Under the pieces are notes generated by a model. That model saw nothing but the letters and a program-made list of their open reading frames with translations, searched no databases and had not been told where the DNA came from. A DNA stretch of 63,614 bases, the filler included, from Octopus bimaculoides (taxonomy: Eukaryota): assembly GCF_001194135.2 (NCBI RefSeq). It is 4 parts of 3 records of this genome, joined end to end, with 100 filler letters (N's around TTAATTAATTAA, not from the genome) between each part and the next. Parts side by side here need not be neighbours in the genome. Positions count along the whole stretch, not along the records: positions 1 to 13,034 come from NC_068983.1; positions 13,135 to 36,200 come from NC_068983.1; 2 more parts are not named here. The stretch is one strand, 5' to 3'. The position numbers and the translations under genes were made by a program. Positions 11,943-23,090 of the stretch are shown piece after piece (the first letter of the stretch is position 1; the number at the start of each line of letters is the position of its first letter).

Positions 11943-12243
11943 GTGAGTACATTACATTTTTCTCTTTTTTATTCCCATTTATTTTATTTATGTTTTATTT
12001 TATTACGTGTGTAACTTCGCAGGATCTTTGGAGTAACGTTACTCAGCAGGTGTCATAGCTCAGAGATCAGAGAGTCTCTGCCGATCGAGCCGCAATGCTT
12101 TTATATAATCTATTCCGCACGAATCTTATTCACTGTGACTGCAATGCAAGTTAACTTTATTTGTGAGAAGTTGCCTCCCCTACATCGGCTATAAATTGTA
12201 AATGGCAACTAATATATGCTTCGGAATATTTTCAATTTCATTG

Positions 12244-13034
12244 TGGCGAGCCTGCGGAAACGTTAGCACGCCGGGCGAAATGATTAGCGGTATTTCGTCT
12301 GCCACTGCGTTTTGAGTTCAAATTCCGCCGAGGTCGACTTTGCCTTTCATCCTTTTGGGGTCGATAAATTAAGTACCAGTTACGCACTGGATCGATAAAA
12401 CCGACTTAATCCGTTTGTCTATCCTTGTTTGTCCCCTCTGTGTGTAGCCCCTTGTGGGCAGTAAACAAATAGGTATTTCGTCTGTCTTAACGTTCTGGGT
12501 TCAAATTCCACGGAGGTCGACTCTTCCTTTCATCATTTTGGGATCGATAAATTAAGTACCTATGTGCCTAGAGTAGAAAAGGAATATTTTCTATTTAGTT
12601 GCTATATTACATGGTTAATATATATTTCTTTATTGCCCACAGAGGGCAAAACATAGAGGGGACAGACAAACGGATTAAGTCGATTACATCGAACCAGTGC
12701 GTAACTGGTACATGTTTAATCGACCCCGAAAGAATGAAAGGCAAAATCGATGAAAGGCAAAATCGTAACGGCAGACGAAATACTGCTAAAAATTTTGCAC
12801 AGCGTACTAACGTTTCTTAGTTCTTTACTGCCCACAAGGGGCTACAGACAGAGGGAACAAACAAGGACAGACAAAGGGGTTAAGTCGATTACATCGATCC
12901 CAGTGTGTAACTGGTACTTAATTTATCGACCCCGAAAGGATGAAAGGAGAATTCGACCTCGACGTAATTTGAGCTCAGAACGTAACGGCAGACGAAATAC
13001 TGCTAAAAATTTTGCACAGCGTACTAACGTTTCT
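12244..13034. mobile_element. Cluster of four SINE copies (Meta-domain-like family): two on +, then two on -
   Basis: gaggtcgactttgcctttcatcc..ggggtcgataaattaagtaccag on + at 12244-12560 and its reverse complement at about 12625-13034. Confidence 0.85.
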
Positions 13035-13134
13035 NNNNNNNNNNNNNNNNNNNNNNNNNNNNNNNNNNNNNNNNNNNNTTAATTAATTAANNNNNNNNNN
13101 NNNNNNNNNNNNNNNNNNNNNNNNNNNNNNNNNN
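13035..13134. other. Artificial scaffold spacer 44N-TTAATTAATTAA-44N
   Basis: Exactly 100 nt, stops in all six frames, identical at 36201-36300 and 61112-61211. Confidence 0.95.
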
Positions 13135-13234
13135 TGTATGTATGTGTGTGTATATATATATATATGTATGTATGTGTGTGTATATATATATATATGTATG
13201 TATGTGTGTGTATATATATATATATGTATGTGTG

Positions 13235-13297
<63 letters not shown>

Positions 13298-13447
13298 GTA
13301 TGTGTATATGTCTTTGTATATATATATGTATATATGTATGTGTGTATATATGTTTGTATGTTTGTATGTATGTGTGTATATATGTATGTATATATGTATG
13401 TATGTATATATATGTTTGTGTATATATATATGTATATACGTACGTAT

Positions 13448-16200
13448 AAATCAAAATAAGGAACAAGGATATCCAGAGGTAATGCCATACGATCATTTCA
13501 TGCAACTCCATTTAATTGAACAATGTAATAATTACATCAATTGATAATGTAGAGCAATCTTCAGCTGCACAAAAACATAGAATTTAATTAAATTAAAACA
13601 GATGGACGCATTAGTATAATAATACCAAAATCTCCCAGAAGTTATGGAGACAGACAGAGAACATCTTGCTTTAGCCACACTATGGAAGCTAATAAATAAA
13701 ATGTCAAAGCAGACTCTGCCTGTTACTAATTTTATTTGTTTTTTTAGTTTAGAGTTATAGACTATCATATCAAACCTTGTATATCTAAAGCTTAAGGAAA
13801 TAAAGGGCATTATCTATTATGGGTAGGGGTAAGAGAGCAGACAGAAATCATGGTTGGTATAGTCATAAACTCATGAGATTTGGTAAAGGAAAACTTAAAA
13901 CAAAATGTTGGCTGACAACTAAGGGTCACCCTCTAGCAGACCAGTGATAATGAAACAGGGGAAGTTGTACCATGTAGTACTATAGTTAAAAGTTTTAAAA
14001 CAATGTTGCTATATTGTATACTGACAAAAGTTTATGACTATTCATAGGGTTATTAATAAGAATATATTAACAAAAGGATAGAAATTTATGGATACTTTTG
14101 AGCATATACCAAACTTAAACCACAATAGCGGGAGGAAAAGAAAAGAAAATTATTCAGAAATAGTTTAATATTTATATATACTGCACACTTAAAAAAGTAA
14201 CTCATCATATGGTATCTATGAATATTGATTAATAAGTATATACTGATATCAATAAAGGAGTATTGAGGTAAAAGAACATTCTAATTACATATTAATAAGA
14301 TTACATTCTAAGGAGTTTTTTTTTATATATATGCATATCAGTATAGTTTTATATAGCTAAGTATGAATTAATAGAGATACAAAGATTTGCTTGATTTATT
14401 TATGAATAAATAAAGGCTAGTTATTGATTAATAAAGAAATGAAATAAAATAATCAATTAGGGCAGAATACCATAGAAATAAAATAACTAAATTACCAATG
14501 CTACAGTAAAGTATATTTAGCTTATAAACATCAAATAGAGAAGATTTATATAGAAAAAGTATAATGATTTAAAGTATATTGGACTAAAAATTTTAAATTT
14601 AACTTGTATAGCTAATATCAATAAAAGACTGATGTCTAGTATCAGTTAAAAGAATATTTAAGTTATGGAACATTAAAAATTTTACACTAATCTTTCCATA
14701 TATAAATTGAGGGATTATTTTATAGGTTTAAGAGTTAAAGAAGTTATTACTTTTACTCCTTACATGGAATTTATAGTTTCTTGGTAGTACTTGTTCAAAA
14801 GGGTTATTTATATAAAGGTTTATATAAAATACTAGGACAAGCAGGGTAGAGCCATTTAAGAAAGAGAAAAATCAAATAATCTTAAAAGATCATTTCAAAA
14901 CTATATTGTCTTATTGTACAGAGTTAAAATTCAGGGTAATCAAGAAGATTATCAAGAATGAAATTTTAACAAAATGATAAAAAAACTATTAATATTAAGA
15001 GTATATACCAAAATATTTTCTTACCACAATGGGGGGAGGAAAATGAAATAGTTTAATATTTACTTACTTATTACCTATCTAAATGTTGTTGTTGGCACTC
15101 CGTCGCTTACGATGACGAGGGTTCCAGTTGATCCGATCAACGGAACAGCCTGCTCGTGAAATTAACGTGCAAGTGGCTGAGCACTCCACAGGCACATGTA
15201 CCCTTAACGTAGTTCTCGGGGATATTCAGCATGACAGTGTGACAAGGCTGACCCTTTGAATTACAGGCACAACAGAAACAGGAAGTAAGACTGAGAGAAA
15301 GTTGTGGTGAAAGAGTACAGCAGGGTTTGCCACCAAACCCTGCCGGAGCCTCATGGAGCTTTAGGTGTTTTCGCTCAATAAACACTCACAATGCCCAGTC
15401 TGGGAATCGAAACCGCAATCCTACGACCCCAAGTCCATTGCGCCTCCACACCTATCTAAATATTAACTTATTATATAGTTACTATAAAGATTGATCAATT
15501 GGATTTACGATGGACCAACCGAGATTAAAAAAAACAAAACATGATAATTGTATACATTATTTAATTAAATTGAACTGTTTTAAGTTATCAAGATACTGAT
15601 ATTACCTTATATAGGCTGGGTATAAAATAATAGGGGAACAAGGATTAGATTTATTCAAGTCATTTATAAAATAATAATAACAATAATAATGACAACAACA
15701 ATAAAATGATTCGTTAGGGTTTAGCATTATAGAAAAAGAATAAAGACAGCCTATTCACTAAAAGCCCTAATAAAATATTCATATCTTACTAACTTAAATA
15801 GCAAATACTTATAGAAAAAATTTTAAGTAAAAACAATAAATCATTATTGGCTAAAGTTAAAATTTGTTGTTGTCAGGAAGATTTATCATTTAGGTGAGAG
15901 ACCAAAATTTACTATAAATTAGTTTAACTTTTACTCTAAGCAGTTTAAAATCTCAAGTTTTGAGGATACCCATAATTGTATATTACAAGCTAAGGATGAA
16001 TTTATAGGGGTACAAAAATTTAGATTTGTCTAGAGGTAATTATAAGATATTAAAAATGGTCAGGTAGGGTAGAAAACACCATAGAAAAGGATATAAAATA
16101 GCCTCATCACTAAAATCATGATGAAGTATTATACGACTTAGTAGCTTCAATAAAGAAGATTTATAGAAAATATGTAATAATTCAAGTATCCAAAAGACTT
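13448..16200. mobile_element. Very decayed AT-rich interspersed-repeat relic, unclassified (possibly Penelope-like)
   Basis: First ~170 nt match the reverse complement of about 52920-53088 and abut (TA)n; no intact ORF; right boundary approximate. Confidence 0.35.
15085..15451 (-). mobile_element. tRNA-derived SINE with (AAC)n tail and 11-bp target-site duplication
   Basis: cctatctaaat at 15074-15084 and 15452-15462; gggaatcgaaaccgc B-box complement near the right end. Confidence 0.8.
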
Positions 16201-16865
16201 CTTTGTGATTTTCTTTAGGTGTAGCTTTTACAGGTGAATTCCCTTCTCATCCAACTGTATCCACTTGGCTATGGAATAGAAGTGGCATAAATTGTGCTTT
16301 ATGTGTGAGGCTGTTCATAGCAAGCACTTTGTGCTTTGCTTAAAGGTACAACAGAAGGGCTGTAATGTGTGATCTTATGACCAGATTGTCAATCCTCTAT
16401 GTACCTAATCTTCACAGCTGTTGTCTCACTGTGATTATAGTAATTATAAATATTACAAACAGTGAAAATGTAAATCATGGATTAATATTAATGAAATCAG
16501 TAGATTTTTTAAAAAGAAAACATTTCAGTATTTATTTTCACATCAAATCTTGTAGAAGTTAAATTTCACATTCAAGTTTAACTTTATCAAATTGGCAGTT
16601 AGAAAGAATCTTGAATATTGAAGCTAATATATTTTGATTATAATCTAAATATTAGAATTTTAAATTTAGTTTTAATCCTGTTGTAAACTTTGAAAGAAAT
16701 AACTTATTTTTTATATCTTACAACATATTGTGTTTTTCTGTTTTCTTCAGCTGTCACTCTCCATTTCCTTGTTTTTTTGTTTTTTTTTTTCTGAACTGGA
16801 TAAAATGTTGATATCATTCCTATTTAATAATTTAAATCCCCCCCCCCTTTTTTTTTCGTATATAG

Positions 16866-16914
16866 GTTTATGGGTGTGTGTGTTCATGAAGGTCAGCTCC
16901 ATGCTTTAACAGAG
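16866..16914 (+). CDS. TESK: TESK-family kinase exon (49 nt): (R)FMGVCVHEGQLHALTE
   Basis: ttttttcgtatatag acceptor, gtattt donor; peptide matches TESK1/2 subdomain IV-V; ends in phase 0, compatible with the next exon. Confidence 0.9.
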
Positions 16915-18438
16915 GTATTTAAACATTTCTTTCAATATTTTAATGATCCTCAAATATCAATTTCTTAATATATATTCTATGTAATACACTCAACATTATG
17001 AAGGAGGACACCATAATGGATGTTAAAGAAAGATTGTCATTTTTTCTGTTTAACATATTTTTTGACACTCTTAAACTAAATACAACTATTAATTTTATTT
17101 TGGTACAGTATCAATTCTTTTGAAAAAAAGTAAGAGAATAATTGACACAATTAATTCCAATAGCAATACATAGTCTGTATGATTTGAACTCTTAACATAG
17201 CAAGATGAAATTAAAATTATCAGGCATTTAATGTCTTGCTCTTTTTATCTCATTTTATTTATCACTTTCATTGAATTGTATAATTATTAAATAAAAATTT
17301 TTAAATTCAAGTAAACTATTACATTAATTTCTGCCTCTGTAGCTTCAGTATTTTACCCCCATTGTGATTTTAAGAAAGAACTGCTTCAATTAGAAGAAAG
17401 CCAATCATAGGCAACTGAACATCATGAGAAAGATGACAAAAGATTCCAGTGATAAGATTGCTGTGCTTGAGAAGCATTGAAAAAATGCATGTGTAATGAT
17501 CATATAAGTCAGCACTTTTCATAACATAAACTCAGTTGCATTTTATATTATGGTCATTTTTAAACATGTATTGTAGTAGTTTAACTGCAGCTCAATCGTA
17601 GACAAGCAAACTAGTGTTGAAAGATATTTTACTCATGACCATCCCATCTTACTTTTTCCAGATAGTGTATCTAAGACTACATTACCAAATGTACTCTTTT
17701 ATTTTTATATAGATGTGGTTTGAGAGAGATTTGACAGCTTTTCTAGTAGTTTGACCATGTAGATGGTTGCTTTTGGCTCATGATAGGTGTGCTAAAAAGT
17801 TGAGTGCTCAGTGTTGGTATTGTTCATTTAGAAATAAACAAGTTCATTTTCTATGAAGTATAAGGGTAGAAAGAATATTAGCTATGAGATGCAAATATTT
17901 TACCTAAAGATAAGCATTCCAAGGAAATAGTAGCTATTAGGTAGCTATTATAAGTGATGAACTGGAAGGGTACTCAGACTTATTGTCAATACGGGATCGA
18001 AAACTGTTACAAAGTCACTGACAAATGTTGTGTATGAAATGCCATGGATTGTTGGCGGGAAATAATCTGCAGTAAAGCTTGACCAAAGAAAATTTGTGGA
18101 AAATATACTTTGATTAAACATTACAATGTTGAGCCTAATTGATGGTACAGGATTGAAACTTATGGGTCGATTCTGTGTTGCAGAGATATCAGTATGACAA
18201 AGGGTGGAGGTTGTGGTGATGATCATGGTCTTTTCTCGAGTCAGTAGTGATAGTTATTGGATGATAAAATTAGTAAGGCAGTAAATAAAATGTTGTGCAA
18301 TGTTGATTTAAATCTCTTAACATTCAGAGTTCAAAACCCACTGGTATTGTCTTTGTGCTTCTTTTAAAATTAATAGGAGGAATTTCAGCCATGTTTCGTG
18401 GTCTGCTACCACAACAGCTCCTTTATAGGATCCAGTTA

Positions 18439-18536
18439 GCTGAAGACATCATCAGGAGGAACCACGTCCGGTTTCGGCCCCTACTCCTCTACCGTTTTGA
18501 CGTGGCGGGGCCCCTCCTTTCGGAGGTGTCTTCAGC
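18439..18536 (-). ncRNA. Hammerhead-like structured RNA with non-canonical strand order
   Basis: Minus strand: gctgaagaca cctcc-gaaa-ggagg ggcccc g ccacgtc aaaa cggt a gagga gta ggggcc gaa accg gacgtgg t tcctc ctgatga tgtcttcagc. Confidence 0.55.
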
Positions 18537-18611
18537 TCTGGTGTTGGGTGCATGTCTTCTTTCTTCTATTCCCTGGCCTCTTCGATGCAGCATCAACGAG
18601 CGTCAGCGTCC

Positions 18612-18644
18612 GACTGATCGTCGTGTCAAGTTCCCCTTTTTATA
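18612..18644 (-). promoter_or_regulatory. Pol II core promoter: TATAAAAA (18644-18637) and initiator TCAGTC (18617-18612)
   Basis: Initiator A at 18615 lies 29 nt downstream of the first T of the TATA box. Confidence 0.55.
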
Positions 18645-18647
18645 TCT

Positions 18648-18810
18648 GCTGCTAGGCTCCAGCAGGCAGCCCCAGCTAGTTGTCACGTGACACTGTCTAA
18701 ATTTCCCGCTGCTAGGGTCCAGTAGGCAGCACCAGCAAGTTGTCACATGACACTGTCTAAACTTCCCGCTGCTAGGCTCCAGCAAGTTGTCACATGACAC
18801 TGTCTGAACT
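18648..18810. repeat. 60-bp tandem repeat, two full units plus an internally deleted third, each with a tgtcac(g/a)tgaca palindrome (E-box)
   Basis: Units start at 18648, 18708, 18768; perfect 12-bp palindrome tgtcacgtgaca at 18681-18692. Confidence 0.9.
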
Positions 18811-19981
18811 TTAACTGACAATGTAGCTATTAGGTAGCTATTATAAGTGATGAACTGGAAGGGTACTCAGACTTATTGTCAATACGGGATCGAAAACTGT
18901 TACCAGTTAAATACAGATATTATTTAAATCAGCTACACTTTTTCCTCCAAGTTTGTGACAGTGGGAAAAATTAGAAATTATTACTGTTACAATTGTTATT
19001 GTTGTTGGGTAAATGTCTTTTGGTATTTGTTCACTTTTTGTTCTGAGTTCAAATCAAGCAAAGATTAACTTTGCCTTACATCTTTCAGGGTCTTCTCTCA
19101 AATATATGACTTTCTACATATGTTAGAAATTATTATTATTAGTGTTTTCTAGCATGGAAAATGGATGTTGAATGATGATGATAATGGTAGTGGTGATTTC
19201 TACTATGAAATGGCAACATTATTATTAGATATCTGTTGACAATAGTGATAATGCCAGAATATTTATTTCAAATTCTGCCGGGATTCACTTAACTTTTCAT
19301 TCCTACAATAAGTATCAGACATACTCAGGGATCAATCAATCAACTGTATACCTCCTTTACAATTTATGGCTTTGTGCTATTTGTGAAAATGAATTAATAG
19401 GATTCACACCATTTCCAAATGAACCATATGCTTTTTACTCACTATTTCCCCTTCACTCTCTCACAGAGACAATATAACTGTGTTAATTTCTTCCTTGTTG
19501 CTATACAGTTAAAGCTAAATGAGAGAGAGAAATCGATTGGCTGGAACATTCTGCAGTGTATTATTTTGACTTGATCTGTATTCAAATCCCAATGGAAGTG
19601 ACTTTGTTGTCTCCACCATGGAATCAACAAATTGTCAGTTATTATTTTAAAATTGATCCAATTGGTTGTAATTTTCCTCTACATAAATTGACCTTGTATT
19701 TTTTACTCAAAAGATACTGAATATCAGCAGAGTTTATGGAAGTCTAAAAATATATTACTTTTGAATTTTATCTGTTCTATTTATATATTAGCAATATGAC
19801 AGTATTATTAATATATCTGTCCATTAAGTGAACTTGTGTATATTAGATGTTTGAGAGTAACTTATATATATTAGATGTATACTCAAACAAAGTCATACCT
19901 TTTATTAGATAACTCTGCTTATGTGATTTCTGAGTACACTGTCATTAAAAAAATTTTTTTAATAATAATGGCCTAAGTAAT

Positions 19982-20560
19982 TTGGAACACATTCTTAGCT
20001 CCTGTAAAGTAGCACTATCCCAAGGAAGATACACGCAGAGGCACAATGGAGTGCTTAAGGAGATCAAACACATAAGTATGGCAAGAGTAAAATCCATAGT
20101 ATTAGAATCTCCAGCAACATTCTACATGGCAGGGGGAAACAAATCAAGGCCAGGAACAGCTACGCCATATGAGGCATGAGAATGGAGTCATCTGGGTGTT
20201 GTGGATGACTTGGGAGTATTCAGCAGACCTAGGAACAACAAAACAGCCAGAAATCATCAGGAAGAGTGGGATATCGTATTCCATTCTAATTCATCAAAGC
20301 AACTGATTTTGATTGAATTCACTGTGACATCTGAAATTAGAAAAGAAGCGCATGTAGTTGAGCCTGAAAAATACACCAATCTGGCCAACAGTCTGAGGGA
20401 AACTAACTTCCGGGTGAATTTTCTTGACATAGAGGTTGGAGCCAGAGGTTTTGTGGGCAAATTTGCTCATGATCTAATGAAACAACTCTCAGTCTCTGGG
20501 AAGGACAAGACCTAAGCCCTAAAGACAATAGAGACAGTAAAGAGATGTTCCTGCTAGATC
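19982..20560 (+). mobile_element. 3' fragment of a restriction-like-endonuclease non-LTR retrotransposon (HERO/NeSL-type)
   Basis: EHILSSCKVALSQGRYTQRHNGVL; WDIVFHS..KQLILIEFTV; KY..L; IEVGARGF. Confidence 0.8.
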
Positions 20561-21639
20561 CGGTTGAGGAAATATTTTGTTTTAACACAGAGGGAAGTAA
20601 TTCTGAGGGAGTCATTGTGGTAGCATTGCCGTTTCACTACTACCATGACAACCAACATATTTCTTCTCCAAGTATAAATTTGAAAGCTGAGTCGATGAAG
20701 AGGAGTTCCAATTAGATGAAATCTCCAAGTAGTTTAAAAGTCTCTGATATTCACATGGCTAAAAAGTGTCACCAGAAGGGCACTCAGGAATCATAACCTA
20801 GATTCAGCCTAGCCCATTTAGAGTGTAAGGAGTTAAAGGCTGAAACACTTGCCTGAGATGGGGACTTCTCTGAAAACTTTATGTTGTTCAGCTCTCGTGA
20901 GAGTTTCTTACCACTTTATATTCATCAGTGCTGGTTATGGTCTTTCATACTTATGGGGTTGATAGGATAATTAAATCAAATGCTGGGTTAGTGAAATCAT
21001 TTATACTTATCTTCTAAATATATAACCTTACCTCTATGTCAGGGATCATAATATGGCACTCGACAAATAAGAGAGTTGTGATTCACTTCTACTGAATGCA
21101 TTTTGTTATGTTTTTGAGCAGTAAACATAATTCTCTCCCAAGTTCACTTAGTTTTTGGGAACAGGTTTTGAGTCTGGTAAAGTTCTCTACAATAGACTAC
21201 TATCTTAATCAAAGCAATTTTTATCTTTTATCTTCATGCTATAAAACTTTTGAGACTTTAGAAATAGTGACATATTCTTACAGGCAAGATGAAAAGTGTT
21301 TGTGTAAAATGATGAACTATACTAAACCTTTGGTACATACATGCAATGAAATGTCTTGGTCACAAATACCAAGCTATACCAGCGGCAAGTCATGAACTGT
21401 CAACTGGTACCCTGTCAGTCTGGTCGTTTGTGGTCTTCATTTTAACATACTATAGAAGTGAAAAGGCTCTGAAGTCCAGGAATTTGTTGACTATAACGTC
21501 ATACATTTGGTACAGGAAAAGTGCTGCTTTTGGGCAAGAAATATTTTCTGATTCTAATCAGCCTGTGTGGTTCTACTTTCTTCAGTTGAACAGCTAGTGG
21601 TAGGATAGGCATGCTCCTCCTCATTATCATTTAATGATT

Positions 21640-22930
21640 TTCTATGCAGGCATGGATTGGACAGCTTGACAGGAACTGCAAAGAAGATGCACCAGGTTCC
21701 ACAGTCTGTTTTGGCTAGGTTTCTATGGCTGGATGCCCTTCTTCATGCCAACCACTTTACAGAGTGGACAGGGTACTTTTTACATGGCATCATCAACACC
21801 AATGCTTGTTACATGATACCTTGGTTTTAGGAACTCAATTTTGTTGTGGTGGGCAGGTCTTCTTTAGTACAGCAATGCAACACATATCTCAGTCTTCTGT
21901 CATTTTCTTCATAAGGTTCAGTGTTTTGAGATCAGCCTTCAATACTTTGTCCCATTCTTCCTGGGTCTCCCTCTTCTGCAACTTTCCTCCTCTTTAAGTG
22001 ATCAGCACATCTTTATGCAACCACCCTCATGCATCTGCATCACATGACCAAACCAGCAGAATCTCCTCTTACTCACTGCATAAATTCCTCCAATTTCTCT
22101 CTCAATACACTAATGTTCTGTTGCACATGCACTCTAACATTGGACATCCAGCGGAGCATACCATGTTCATTCCTCTCTAGCCTTTGCATGTCCTCCGCAT
22201 TCAGGGCCAATGTCTCACTATCATGCAGCATCACAATTTGTACACATACTTCATAAAATCTTCCTTTCATTCAAGGAGAGAGACTTTTGGTTGCCAATAA
22301 AGATAAAGGCACTCTGAACTTTCTCCATTCTATTCTTATTGTAGCAATTACAGTTTCTGTACAACTTCCTCCACTGCTAACTAGGTCCCCTAGGTTAGCA
22401 AAAATTATCTACAACTTCCAGAGAGCCACCAGGACATTTAAGGATTTCAGTTTCCCATATATCAGTGGTTTTTATGGTTCCCATACATCTTCCATATACA
22501 AACACTACCTGCTCTATTAACCTTCCAACTTCTCCACTGCACCTCTTGTGTGTCCATAGCTTGCACTGGATACACCGAATGGAATTCCTGCCTACACCCT
22601 TCCTATATATCAAGCAGGGTCATTTATCTGAAAGGTGAAGGGTCCTGTCCAATTTCTTGCTTACCAGGACCTTGGTCCTTTGCTAAATTAACTTTAAGAC
22701 CCTTTGATTCCCTGTTCTGTTTCCACACTTGGAATTTCTTTTACAGATTCTGTTACAAGGGCAAGATCATCAGCATATAGTAGTTCCTATGTGTTTCCAG
22801 TCTCTGCCTGGGGGATGATGAGTAGGAGGAGACTGAGGACTGATTCTTGGTAGACACCTACCTGTACACAAAATTCATCACTGTACCCTACTTACCTTAC
22901 TAACAGTGTCTCTGTACATGGACTGTACTG
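21640..22930 (-). mobile_element. Decayed RTE-clade LINE 3' fragment
   Basis: KGVGRNSIRCIQCKLWTHKRCSG; LHDSETLALNAEDMQRLERNEHGMLRWM; ggatgccctt..ccaaccac 3' tail complement. Confidence 0.85.
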
Positions 22931-23090
22931 TTTTCACAAACCATGCAAAAATTGTCCAAATTTTTGCCTTAAAAAGAACTTTAAAAATTCCTATCAGGAC
23001 ATTATTCATATTAGCATGGAAAAATGTAAAACCATTTTAAGTGTTATCCCTTGATATTAAAATTGAATTATTGTTTATAACACATATATA

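Larger units (their letters stand above)
18350..18820 (-). mobile_element. GC-rich solo pseudo-LTR-like unit (promoter plus hammerhead-like RNA), possibly Penelope- or retrozyme-related
   Basis: Sharp GC rise against the AT-rich flanks; tandem repeats, TATA/Inr and hammerhead core motifs all on the same strand. Confidence 0.55.
17930..18903 (+). repeat. Perfect 81-bp direct repeat pair (17930-18010 and 18823-18903)
   Basis: gtagctattaggtagctattataagtgatgaac...gatcgaaaactgttac is identical in both places. Confidence 0.95.

Noticed and set aside
13448-16200. Mitochondrial insertion (NUMT), suggested by the AT richness
   Set aside because: No recognisable mitochondrial rRNA, tRNA or protein motif; its end is shared with a nuclear repeat.
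18648-18810. CRISPR-like array
   Set aside because: Contiguous tandem units with no unique spacers, eukaryotic context, no cas genes.
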